From Adineta vaga (lineage: Eukaryota; Animalia; Rotifera): a stretch of DNA of 64,000 bases. The position numbers were made by a program, and so were the translations under genes. The stretch spans positions 992,001 through 1,056,000 of the forward strand of contig CP075492.1 of the NCBI GenBank assembly GCA_021613535.1, given 5' to 3'. The notes beneath the pieces were generated by a model. That model searched no databases and was not told the origin of the DNA. It worked only from the letters and a program-made list of their open reading frames with translations. This document shows, piece by piece, positions 52,907 through 63,387 of the stretch; position 1 is the first letter of the stretch, and every line of letters begins with the position of its first letter.

Positions 52907-54964
52907 ATGGGTAAAAAAAGTTCAAAATTAGCCATAAAACAATCCTGGACACAAGTGAATGAAGCTTCAAATAAAATCGAATTACAAAAAGCTTCAGAAA
53001 TTCACATCGTTGAAAACTTCGTTATTGTTTGGTTAGATGCAAATATCGATGAATCTTCAAGAGATTTCCAAAATTCAATTAAGCAACTTCGAAAAATTAT
53101 CAATTCGATCGCAACATTTACAGATGAAAATCAATGTATCCAATTCATCAGAGGAATTCAAGTCGAAAAAATCTTCCTAATTATGTCGGGTTCTCTCGGT
53201 GAACGAATTGTTTCTATTATCCATGAACTTATTCAACTCGATTCGGTCTATGTTTTTTGTCGTCAGAAATCTGTACATGAACAATGGGCAAAACATTATC
53301 ATAAAATTAAAGGTGTATTTACCGATATGAATCCCATTTGTCTTCGACTAAAAAAAGATGTCCAACAAACGAATAATGATCTAACATCAATAAGTATTGT
53401 ATCAAAATCAACAACAGTGAATTTAGATACACTCGATCCGTTATTTATGTATTCCAAATTAATCAAAGAAATTATTCTGGAAACGAAATATGATAAAAAG
53501 GTACCAGAAGAATTCATTGTGTTTTGTCGCGAACTGTATGCGGATAATAGCGATGTGGAAAAAGACATCGAAGTGTTTAAGGGAACCTATAGTTCACGTA
53601 AATCTATTGAATGGTACACTCGGGAGTCTTTCATCTATCCGATGCTCAATAGAGCATTGAGAACATTAGATATTGAAATTATTGATCAAATGGGCTTTTA
53701 TATTCGAGATCTTCTTGAGCAAATTAAACAAATTTATTTAGAAACAAATCCCAAATCTTTATTTATCGTCTGGCGTGGACAAGGTATATCAATTGAAGAT
53801 TTCAAAAAATTGCAAGCCAGTCAAGGTGGCCTCCTCACATTCAATAATTTCCTCTCAACAAGTACCGAACGATCTGTTTCCTTGAAGTTTGCTGAGCGTG
53901 CTCGAGAGAACAAAGAAATGAGAGCCATTCTATATCAAATTAAAATCGATCCATCAATTTCACGAACCTCATTTGCTAATTTACACAATATTGGCTCTTT
54001 TCAAGACGAAAAAGAAATTCTTTTCTCCATGCATACTGTATTTCGAATAGGTGAAATGGAGAAGATTTCCGATGATATATGTCAAGTCCATTTAACATTG
54101 ACCACAGACGACGATCCACAACTCAGACTTTTAACTGATTGTATGCGAAGAGAGATTAAAGGTGGAACGAATTTACACCGACTTGCCAATTTGATGTATA
54201 AGATGGGAAAGTTTGACAAGGCGAAAGAGATCTACAAGAAATTGCTGGATATGACATCCGACCATGATCATGAAGAAATGGCTTTTCTTCATAACCAACT
54301 TGGATCGATTGATTCTGAGAATGGCGCTTTGGAAAGCGCTCTCTCACATTACAAGGAATCACTTCGTTTGTACTCGATATGTCTATCGTCAGACAATCCT
54401 CGATTCTCTGCGACTTATTCCAATATAGGAATCATTTTTCAGAAACAAGGACAACTTAGTGTAGCGCTCGAATATTATCAGCGTGCTCTTCAGATCGATC
54501 TTGAAACTCCACATCCTAACCAGTGTAAGATTGCTACTCACTACAACAATATTGGTGGAGTACTTAAAGCTCAAGGTAAACTTGCTGAAGCCCTCAAAAA
54601 CTATGAAGATTCACTGAAAATTCGACTTGCTCAATATCCACCTGAACATCCGTCACTAGCTATTGCCTACAACAGTCTTGGTGGAATTCATTGTTCGATG
54701 AAAAATTACTCGAGTGCTCTTTCTTACTACGAAAAAACACGTGAAATTCGACAAAAATCTCTTCCACCCAATCATCCATCATTAGCCGTTACTTACAGTA
54801 ATATAGCTATGACGTTAGACGACCTTCATCGTTCGAAGGAAGCTATTGAATACGCAGAAAAAGCTGTTAATATTGCGAAGGCCAACTACGGTCCTGATCA
54901 TCCTCAAACACAAACATATGAGCGTCATCTTGCTAAACTTCGACAGAAAGTCGGAACACATTAG
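52907..54964 (+). CDS. NAD(P)+-arginine ADP-ribosyltransferase with TPR repeats (ART-TPR), intact
   Basis: VIVWLD N-terminal domain; R-S-E motifs VWRGQ, FLSTST, DEKEILF; about 6 TPRs (ATYSNIG, HPSLAIAYNSLG). Confidence 0.92.
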   Translation: MGKKSSKLAIKQSWTQVNEASNKIELQKASEIHIVENFVIVWLDANIDESSRDFQNSIKQLRKIINSIATFTDENQCIQFIRGIQVEKIFLIMSGSLGERIVSIIHELIQLDSVYVFCRQKSVHEQWAKHYHKIKGVFTDMNPICLRLKKDVQQTNNDLTSISIVSKSTTVNLDTLDPLFMYSKLIKEIILETKYDKKVPEEFIVFCRELYADNSDVEKDIEVFKGTYSSRKSIEWYTRESFIYPMLNRALRTLDIEIIDQMGFYIRDLLEQIKQIYLETNPKSLFIVWRGQGISIEDFKKLQASQGGLLTFNNFLSTSTERSVSLKFAERARENKEMRAILYQIKIDPSISRTSFANLHNIGSFQDEKEILFSMHTVFRIGEMEKISDDICQVHLTLTTDDDPQLRLLTDCMRREIKGGTNLHRLANLMYKMGKFDKAKEIYKKLLDMTSDHDHEEMAFLHNQLGSIDSENGALESALSHYKESLRLYSICLSSDNPRFSATYSNIGIIFQKQGQLSVALEYYQRALQIDLETPHPNQCKIATHYNNIGGVLKAQGKLAEALKNYEDSLKIRLAQYPPEHPSLAIAYNSLGGIHCSMKNYSSALSYYEKTREIRQKSLPPNHPSLAVTYSNIAMTLDDLHRSKEAIEYAEKAVNIAKANYGPDHPQTQTYERHLAKLRQKVGTH

Positions 54965-55096
54965 GACACTTGAAATGGAACTTCTGTAATGACGAATCAG
55001 TTTAAACAAAATAAAGAAAAACGCAAGTGATGATATTTCATCATTCATCAAAGAGTTTTTGTGAATAATAATGATAGAGAGTGACATTATAAGTGC

Positions 55097-55137
55097 ATGT
55101 GTGGGTGGGTGAATACAAGAGACTCCCATCCCCACTT
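55097..55137. repeat. Telomere-like palindrome (short)
   Basis: TGTGTGGGTGGGTGAATACAAGAGACTCCCATCCCAC. Confidence 0.65.
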
Positions 55138-55387
55138 ATCTCTTCATCATGATCAGACAATTGTCGATGAGGAAAAGAAGAAGCCAAAGTTTATTTTATA
55201 TTATAATGACACAAAAGGTGGTGTCAATCATATGGATCAGACGGTTCAAACATATTCTTGTAAACCAAAGACAAAACGATGGCCAATGACTTTCCTTTTC
55301 AGCATACTTGATGCTGGTGCTCTTGCTGCTTTTGTGGTATGGACAACAAAAAATCCTAAATAGAACGAAAAAAAAACTACCGTCGAC
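55138..55387 (+). pseudogene. piggyBac transposase internal fragment
   Basis: KKKPKFILYYNDTKGGVNHMDQ...YSCKPKTKRWPM..F..LD. Confidence 0.85.
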
Positions 55388-55449
55388 ATGGGTGTGGGTG
55401 AGGGTATGGGTGATGAAGATATATCCAGACACACATCCACACCCTCAAT
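55388..55449. repeat. Telomere-like palindrome
   Basis: ATGGGTGTGGGTGAGGGTATGGGTG...ACACACATCCACACCCTCAA. Confidence 0.85.
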
Positions 55450-56232
55450 AAAAAAACTTTTTGTCGATAAGAGAAGAGAAAAGCAATAATGCCATTATTT
55501 GCTTTGAGCAATTCAGTAGAGAATTATATACTTGAAAAGCAAATTCTCTCACTGGGAAAAAGTGAGATACTACTGACGACAGAGTTAGTACATAAGTATT
55601 CATATTCACGTCTATCATTTTATTTCATTAAGTGCTGCTTGGAAAAAAACAGAAACGTAAGTATTAAAAGTAGATGTCTTTCTTTTTACAAGATTTAAAA
55701 GAATCATGACATACAACACAAAAGTAACGATACTATATACTGACTCGCATTTTTCTTTGACATGAAAGAATAAATGTTACGATTCAGTAAGAAAAAGAAT
55801 TCTTAGATCAGATATTTTTCAATACGAGAGCGACTCCACGTGTCATTGTTTATGTACATATATCTTTGATAAGCACATATAAAAAAAAGAATTTTTTACT
55901 TTTATATTGTGCGTGATTCATATGTTAGGAAATGAAATAAAGAAAAAGAAAAAAAGTGATACAATAGCGTAGTCAATGTGCAATTTTTAAATTAATACGT
56001 CAGAAACATTTTGATACAAATCAGTTAAGTACAACTAAACATTAATGTATAAGATGTTTTAGTCGATTGTATCGCTATTTGTTTTTTTTTTGTAATTAGA
56101 AAATTTTCTCAAACACTAAATATATAGACAAGTACTGATTATTAAAATACGATGCTGCTGGTTGAAATATTTTAAATATTCGCTTTGTATTTCTTATAGA
56201 ATAACTTTTAAAATAAGACACTTCTTACGGAA

Positions 56233-56620
56233 ATGGCGTCTTCAACTGATCCGTCAATTTGGTCAACTGTCGATGTGATAGAATGGTTACGCAAATGCAA
56301 TCTAGAACAATATATGCATCATCGTTTCAAGGTTTAACTTAAGCGTTTTAAAAATAAAAAAAACAAACATCTTTTATGTTTGACTATTGTTAGAAAATGA
56401 CGTAGATGGTAGTCTACTTCTGGACGATGGATTTGATGATAACATGATCAAAGAACTAATCCCAATTTTGAAGCATAGAGTATTATTTAATAAGGAAAGA
56501 AAGAAATTAAAGTTATAATTTTTCATTTATAAATTTTTGCCAATTTAAAAACTTTATAGGGAAGTAATCGTATCGCGCACTGTTGAATTCGACAATCATG
56601 TTGCTGTACCTGAAATTCAG
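56233..56620 (+). pseudogene. SAM-domain gene, 5' exons only, with a 2-nt frameshift
   Basis: DPSIWSTVDVIEWLRKCNLEQY..SFQ|ENDVDGSLLL....MIKELIPILKHRVLF. Confidence 0.7.
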
Positions 56621-57002
56621 GTAAGGGTATTCATACTATGTACGATAAGGTAACTTCCATTGCGTTGATCAGCATCATCTGGTGAGATATGATAGTAGAT
56701 TTGGTGTAGATTCCACATAGTGATGTCAACAGATGAAAGCGTTCTAAAATGGAATCTCATTATAGTAGATCAATAACTTCTCAGATCGATCAATTCGATG
56801 ATCCGACAATATCCTATCGGATCCAATATCGGATTTGTCAACCTGGGTGTTTATTTCTATTAGTCACATAACTGTTATCAATATACCCATTGGAATCCGA
56901 GAAAATTTTAAAAACTATTTTTTTTCTATTAATCATAAAGTGATTTCAATTTCTTTAAAAATTCTATGATTAAAGGTGTATGTGTACGATAGACGTTTTC
57001 CG

Positions 57003-57971
57003 CTATGTTATAAATGTTGGTCTTCCTTGGTGTAATTGTGCCATTTCAATAGCCGGTTGGATGCGACGATTTCGAACGGAAAATAAACCTTTGATATTGT
57101 TACGAAATGATCTTGATGCAAATATGTAAGTATAGAAAGAGGCCCCAAAAGTACTAAAACTAAATAAACCTAGAATAGACGATAATAAGTTTTCTTGTGC
57201 TTGTCGAATAACACTTTTTGATACAGTTCTTGTCGATAGAGTATATATTTGATTGAATAAATTAGGTATTGTGGTCAGAAGAACTATAATAACTTGAGAA
57301 ATTAACATACGAGCTAAATTTTGATATAGATCTCCACGTTGTCCTAAACCATTCCGAACATTGTGCCATGTAAGCACTGATGATATTGTTAAAACAATAA
57401 CGGGTATTGAACTATAAATAATAAGACCTGTATAGGCAGTGAAATTGATATTAGTCGTAGTACAGATAGTAACATTTGCTGAGTTGGTTATATGTGTATA
57501 GAAGATGAATAATGGAATGAACATTAAATCGACAAGTAGTAACATTGAAAAAACAACTAATATGGCCAATTTACGAGTGATTAAATGACGTAAACGCACA
57601 ATAGGTGATGTAAATAGATATTGATTGAGGGCAGCTACACCAAGACTATTCAAAGCAATAGTACCACTTGTAAGGCCAACATAATATCGTAATTTACAAA
57701 GAAAAATCGATGAACTTAATGGATCATAACCACTAATTCGAAATATTAATTGAGGTAATAAAGCAAAGGTTAGAGTCAATTGACTGAAAATAAAAGATGT
57801 TACAAGAAAAATTGAAATTGGTAATTTATTAAATTGTGGGAGATGAATAAAAGCAAATAAATCAAGAAGATTGCCTATGGTTCCAAAAATAATTATTACC
57901 AATCCACCAGATGCAAAAATAAGTCGTGAGATAAAAGAGAGACGAGCGATTTCGTCAGACGAATCCGACAT
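57003..57971 (-). CDS. Rhodopsin-like orphan GPCR, intronless
   Basis: GTIGNLLD, LCKLRYY, FYTYIFASRSFR; 7 TM segments. Confidence 0.88.
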   Translation of the reverse strand: MSDSSDEIARLSFISRLIFASGGLVIIIFGTIGNLLDLFAFIHLPQFNKLPISIFLVTSFIFSQLTLTFALLPQLIFRISGYDPLSSSIFLCKLRYYVGLTSGTIALNSLGVAALNQYLFTSPIVRLRHLITRKLAILVVFSMLLLVDLMFIPLFIFYTHITNSANVTICTTTNINFTAYTGLIIYSSIPVIVLTISSVLTWHNVRNGLGQRGDLYQNLARMLISQVIIVLLTTIPNLFNQIYTLSTRTVSKSVIRQAQENLLSSILGLFSFSTFGASFYTYIFASRSFRNNIKGLFSVRNRRIQPAIEMAQLHQGRPTFIT

Positions 57972-58927
57972 TATCTGAAAATAAATATTCGTTTTAGATT
58001 ATCAATTATTTATTAATATTGTTATTTTAATTGTTTACAAGTCATTATATCTGATAAATTCTATCCTTTTTACTTCATCTAAACACAGATAATTCAATAA
58101 TCAATGATTTATTTTAATTACTACGAAAATTTCTCTGTTAAACTAATTATTTTATTGAGATATTTTATGTAAAGCAATAAATAAACGATTCAATATCATT
58201 TTTTTTTGTTCGCAAACTATTTGTCGCTTTGTCTTACCGTAAATTTTTTAGAATAAAAAAATCTTCTTCAAACTAATTACAATGTTTCTTGAATTATAGA
58301 AAAGATTAAAACAGATACGTCAGAAAAATATTTTCTAATGAATGTATTAACAAAGAATGACAACTTGAAGAAAAATATAAATTCTTTCATCTCATCAATA
58401 AATAATAATAAATATTCTTTGTAACTATAGTTTTCTATTATTATTGAGCATGACAAGAATTAAATGTGATAAACCCTCTTCATATCTCTTAATCGTTCTA
58501 TGTTTCACAATGTTTCATCAAATTTTAAATGTATTCTATTGTACTAAATTGGTCTACAAGTAAGAAAATATAGAATAAAAGTGTTTATAAATCTCTATTA
58601 TGACTTTAACAAATGAATTAACCTTTTATCTATGATGAAAAGATATCCAAATTTTATTATCTATCGAGACTTACCTATTGTAGAGATATTGCTCTTAGTG
58701 GCGTGTTCGGACACTGTCGTACCACTTCAGTAAAACTCATTCACAAAAATTAAAAATTTTCTGAGATTAACGTTGACTGACACATTTTTATTTTATCAGT
58801 GGCTGGATTAAGTCATCTCTGATTATCCTATTAGTTGTTTTATTAAGAGATAAAGATTGATAGATAAAAAAAATCTTTTATAACGAAAAGATCTTTTGTT
58901 AAAGATAATATTTCATTTCTCATTTAC

Positions 58928-58990
58928 ATGGGTGTGGGTGTGGGTGGGGTGTTTATCTTCTTCTCTTACCCACACCCACACCCTCAAGAT
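58928..58990. repeat. Telomere-like palindrome
   Basis: ATGGGTGTGGGTGTGGGTGGGGTGTTTATCTTCTTCTCTTACCCACACCCACACCCTCAAGAT. Confidence 0.9.
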
Positions 58991-59860
58991 ATTTGAACTA
59001 TTTTTGTAATGTTGATGATTGAAAAAATTGATGACCATAATAATGAATTATAATTCTCGAAAATATATATTTAGTGTCAGATGCGTTGCTTTGCCAAAAT
59101 GAGGATAATTTATCATTCTTTTCTACAAAAAAATATTCATATAATCATTTGATCTTCGATTAAATTTGATTTACTTGTTCTTCTAGATCATCATTCACAA
59201 ATTTAACTGTTAATAAACTGACTGATTTGATACTGTTTATATTTGATCCTAAATTATGTTTGAAACGAAGAATTAATTGACTTCAGTTCTTTCCACGTTT
59301 TCATTTTATTGTTATAATTTGGAGGAAAATAAAATTCAAATTTCTTTAATTGTAATGGATTTGTTTCAATAAATTGTTCCCATAACGATAACCTTCAGAC
59401 ATACAATTTATTCGTACATCAATAAGCTTTAGATAATTTAATGAAGGTGTTGATGAAAGAAACCATTCAAGTTCATCGATTTCAACACTCTAAAGTTTTT
59501 CAATAGTTAAAGATTGTAATTGTTGAAAAGTAATAGGATATTGGGATGTTGACTTATTAATAAGATTCGCTGAACAAAAGTCAGATTTTAGAATAATTGT
59601 ATGTAACTGTGAAGAACATTGAGATATTTGCCATAAATCATTCAAAGTCAGAGAAGAATCGATCGACATATATCGTATCATTGAAATAGATAGACAACTA
59701 GCTCTGAATAAGTCACGATAACTTAGCGATTAATGAAAATAATGTAAGTAAAGTAAGATTAAGATGTTTCGACAGAAAAATTCAATTGGTTTTCATCAAT
59801 GTCAATGAAATGACATTTTGTGGTTAATCAAAGAACACAGAAGATGGAAATGCTGTTGAG
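58991..59860 (-). pseudogene. LRR/F-box-like family decayed fragment
   Basis: FQQLQSLTIEKL..ELEWFLSSTPSLNYLKLI...WEQFIETN...LKKFEF with frameshifts; ends at a palindrome. Confidence 0.6.
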
Positions 59861-60399
59861 AAAGTGAGACACTACCAGAGGATTTATCTATTTTGAAATT
59901 TCTTTCTTCTGCTGGATTTATTCTTAGATTCACACACTTTTAAGATAGTATCGGATAGTCTATTGAAAACTTAATCAATAAAAGTGTTTCATTATACGGA
60001 CAGAAAAATTCTATTCGATTATTTATTAAATTCATTCTGTTTGTTTTTTATTTAACTTAAAATATTACTTGAAAGGATGAACATGAATGATATAAGCAAC
60101 AAAAAGACATGGATCTTCATAATATTTAACAATTTTCTATCGAATATTTTTTATTCAAAGAGCAATTGGATAGTTGTGAATGTTTGCTACAGGATTAGAC
60201 ATACAAAAATGCAAAAAAACAAAATTATGTTTTCGATTGTCGAAGGATTAGACAATTCACTGCAAATATAGTATTAATACAAAGAATACAGGTGCAATTT
60301 TATAGCAATATTCTTTTCATTTCAATTCAATTTACAATGAAGACAAAAATAACAATAGTTTGTTACTTCTTTCTTCTTTTGAGGTATTGAAATTTTCGT

Positions 60400-61997
60400 T
60401 TTTATCTAAATTATACTGAAAATCAACTTATTTCATTTTAGTTCCATAGGTTTGTTTAGCATTTCATATTGTATATTCATCTATAATATAAATATCTTGA
60501 ATAGAACATATGAACTAGTAAGATACTGGAATCATCTGGATCGAGTGAAATGTTTTGGATATGATAACATTCGTTGAAGTTGGATAGCGCTTCTTCATAA
60601 TGATGCAATTTATTATGGATAATTCCATAAAATAGCCAGTCAAAGATTGCTAGAGAGATTGTTTTTGCTAAGTGTATCATATGAATCTCTACAGCAATCT
60701 GAACATAATTTATTGCATCAATGAATTGCTCCAAATGGTAACTTGTGAAACCCATTTGACTAAAAGCATAACCGCGACTCAAGCTGTCTAGTGGAAACAG
60801 CATTGTTTCGATCTGCAAACATTCTTCGAGTACCGGTAGACTCTCTTCATATTTTCTTTGCGTGATCAATAATTTGGAAAACGCTTTCCAATGGTTTGCT
60901 AGTTCGATCAAAGACGTTGATTGATTTGTTATGGTTGAGCGAGACACCGATAAAGTTTGGTAATTACCATCTGACAAATCCGAAATAGATTTTAGCTGAT
61001 ATAAAAGTCTCTGAACTATTTGTTTATGGATCTCTGCGCAATCAGTCAGATTCGGTATCGACAAAGACCTCTGAATCTCTAACGAATGAAGGTATCATTG
61101 TTGTTCTTCTGGAGCCTATGAATATTACCCAATGTCCTCCAAATCCCCCCATGCTCGTGGATTCGTTTGAGATGAATGTTTAGAATGCATTGCACTTGCC
61201 TGTTGATAATTAACATGAGCTCCCATAAAATCGGATTCAATATGCAAAATTGAACCTATGGACCGATACACATTGCTCAACTTTGAGTAGTCTTGAGTTA
61301 TGGCATTTTTGAAATGTTCTAAGTATTTCATAAAAGCAGGTAATGCATCATCGAATTATTTGAGTTCAAAATAAATAGAGCCTACCATAAACCATAGCTT
61401 ACTTTTATCGTGATCCCCCGACGAAACCGACTCTTGTGATGTGTTCAGAGCCTTTTTATAGTTAATTAGTGCATCCGAATATTTCTCAAATGAGAACATG
61501 CATATGGCATGTTTGCAATAGCAATCTGTTCAGCGTTGTGATAACACTGTAATGCTTCGGACAGACTCTTCTTTTTAAGCTGACATTCAGCTTGAAGTAT
61601 ATAGACTTCGATTAAACGGATTGGTTGTAACGAATGATTTTCTAGTTCTAATGTAAGTAGTTGAGCAATAATTGAAAGCGCCTTGTCATACAACTTCTGT
61701 GATTTGTATAACGATGCTTGCTGGAATAATCGACGTGCAAAGCTACTTCTGTTTGCACATGTTTGGTTTGATTCGGATGATAGAGATTCGTTGTCATCAT
61801 GTGCAAGGAACTCGCCTAGGATACTAAGAAGAATTTCCTGTTTGTTTACTAACAAACTATCTGATAATATTGTTCTTCGTGTAATATTGATTGCTTGCTT
61901 TATAAACGGAAATGCTTTGTCATCTTCATTTCTTGATCTGTGAGCCATGTTCAACAGCTCAAGACAACCACTAATGATTATGGATGTAAAGATGGAA
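60400..61997 (-). pseudogene. TPR-repeat protein 3' portion, disrupted and 5'-truncated
   Basis: TPR helices (LSEALQCYHNAEQI, YEESLPVLEECLQI, YEEALSNFNECYHI) across broken ORFs; upstream part replaced by the large palindrome. Confidence 0.7.
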
Positions 61998-62248
61998 GAT
62001 GCTGAGGGTGTGGGTGTGGGTGGGTGTGGTGTGGGTGTGGGTGTGGGTGTGGGTGTGGGTGGGTGTGGGTGTGGATGTGGGTGAGGGTGTGGGTGTGTGT
62101 GGGTGTGGGTGTGTGTGGGTGTGGGTGTGTGTGGGTGTGGGTGTGTCTATGCGGTCCTCGCTCATATTCCCATTCACACCCACACCCACACCCACACCCA
62201 CCCACCCACACCCACACCCACACCCACACCCACCCACACCCTCAAGAT
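61998..62248. repeat. Large inverted telomere-like repeat (TGTGGG)n-spacer-(CCCACA)n
   Basis: About 140 bp of TGTGGG/TGAGGG repeats, about 28-bp spacer, about 65 bp CCCACA, ending CCCTCAAGATG. Confidence 0.95.
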
Positions 62249-62723
62249 GTTGTTTTCTTAAGTCAAAGATCGACGTATTCTATCCGTGCTTAGGTTTATT
62301 GTGACAAAAAGGGTGTATTACATTTATATCGTGACTTTCTTTTTAAAAAAATCGACACAGCCATCGCAGTCGAAGACTATCTCAATGACGTTGCTGAAGC
62401 TTCGTAGCTGTATTATACACACAAAAATCATGTTTGGTCTGATCAATGTTCTCATCGAGTCAGATAAACTCAACAGTACATTGGCCGATAAAATGATATA
62501 GAACTCAAGACAGTCTGACTTACTATTTCGTCTAACACTTCTCATAAGATCGTATTCTAAATGTCAAAAACTTATTAAATCATCAGTAATCAATCATTCT
62601 ATTAGAGATAATACACTTTGATCATTTATTTTATTTATTTAAAAATCAAATCACACAAATTTTGTAAATATTGAAGATTCATTGCAAACATAATACTCAT
62701 CGACAATACAAAGAACAAAATCA

Positions 62724-63387
62724 TTACCAATCATTAACATCGATATCATTATCTTCTTTTGTTACATAAAATTGATTGAACCAACGGCGTAGTTTCATTA
62801 CTGGACCATCATTTTTTACAAGAAATGGTGAACGTCTATGTATCTAAATTGAGAAAAAAAACAAACGTTCGTTCTTCTTAAATAAAACGTCGTTTTATTT
62901 TAATCTACTTTATTTTCCCAAACAAAAAGATCTCGTTGCCATTGTGCAATCCAATTTCCGACAATATACCAACTTAGAAATCTTGAAATTTTACTTTCTG
63001 CAAATACTCGAAAAACAACATTTAATTTCGTATACTCAGTTGGAGTGTTTGTATGAAATAAATATAATCTTCCGAATTCACCATCGAAACGAAATAATGT
63101 CATACTTCCAGGTCCATGAAAAATAATTGTTGCACTAACTTTAGTTGATTCATATTTTTTACCAAAGATTTCTAACAGTGCTGTATTGTAAAACAAAATT
63201 TTCCATGGTTCTTCAGCAAATGAAAACGATGGCGTATGATGAATATTAACAAATGGTACACGCCATTCCGTCCATGGAATTAACATTTGACCATGTAATG
63301 GACCAAAATGTTGAATATCAGCGGCATTTTCAGTGAATTCTTGAAGATGCATATTTATATTTGGATAACGATATGTGCCTCGAAAGA
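62724..63387 (-). pseudogene. Rieske oxygenase of Neverland/DAF-36 (cholesterol 7-desaturase) type, catalytic C-terminal half; 5' half not contiguous
   Basis: MHLQEFTENAADIQHFGPLH (E..D..H....H iron motif); QWQRDLFVWENK|IHRRSPFLVKNDGPVMKLRRWFNQFY. Confidence 0.8.

Noticed and set aside
25370-55363. Alternative genetic code with TGA = Trp
   Set aside because: TAG occurs at Trp positions too, affected genes carry other lesions, intact long genes use only TGG, and TGA terminates the Merlin and KDZ ORFs
61971-62304. HT/VW/CG-repeat ORFs in the ORF track
   Set aside because: Translations of the telomere-like repeat, not proteins
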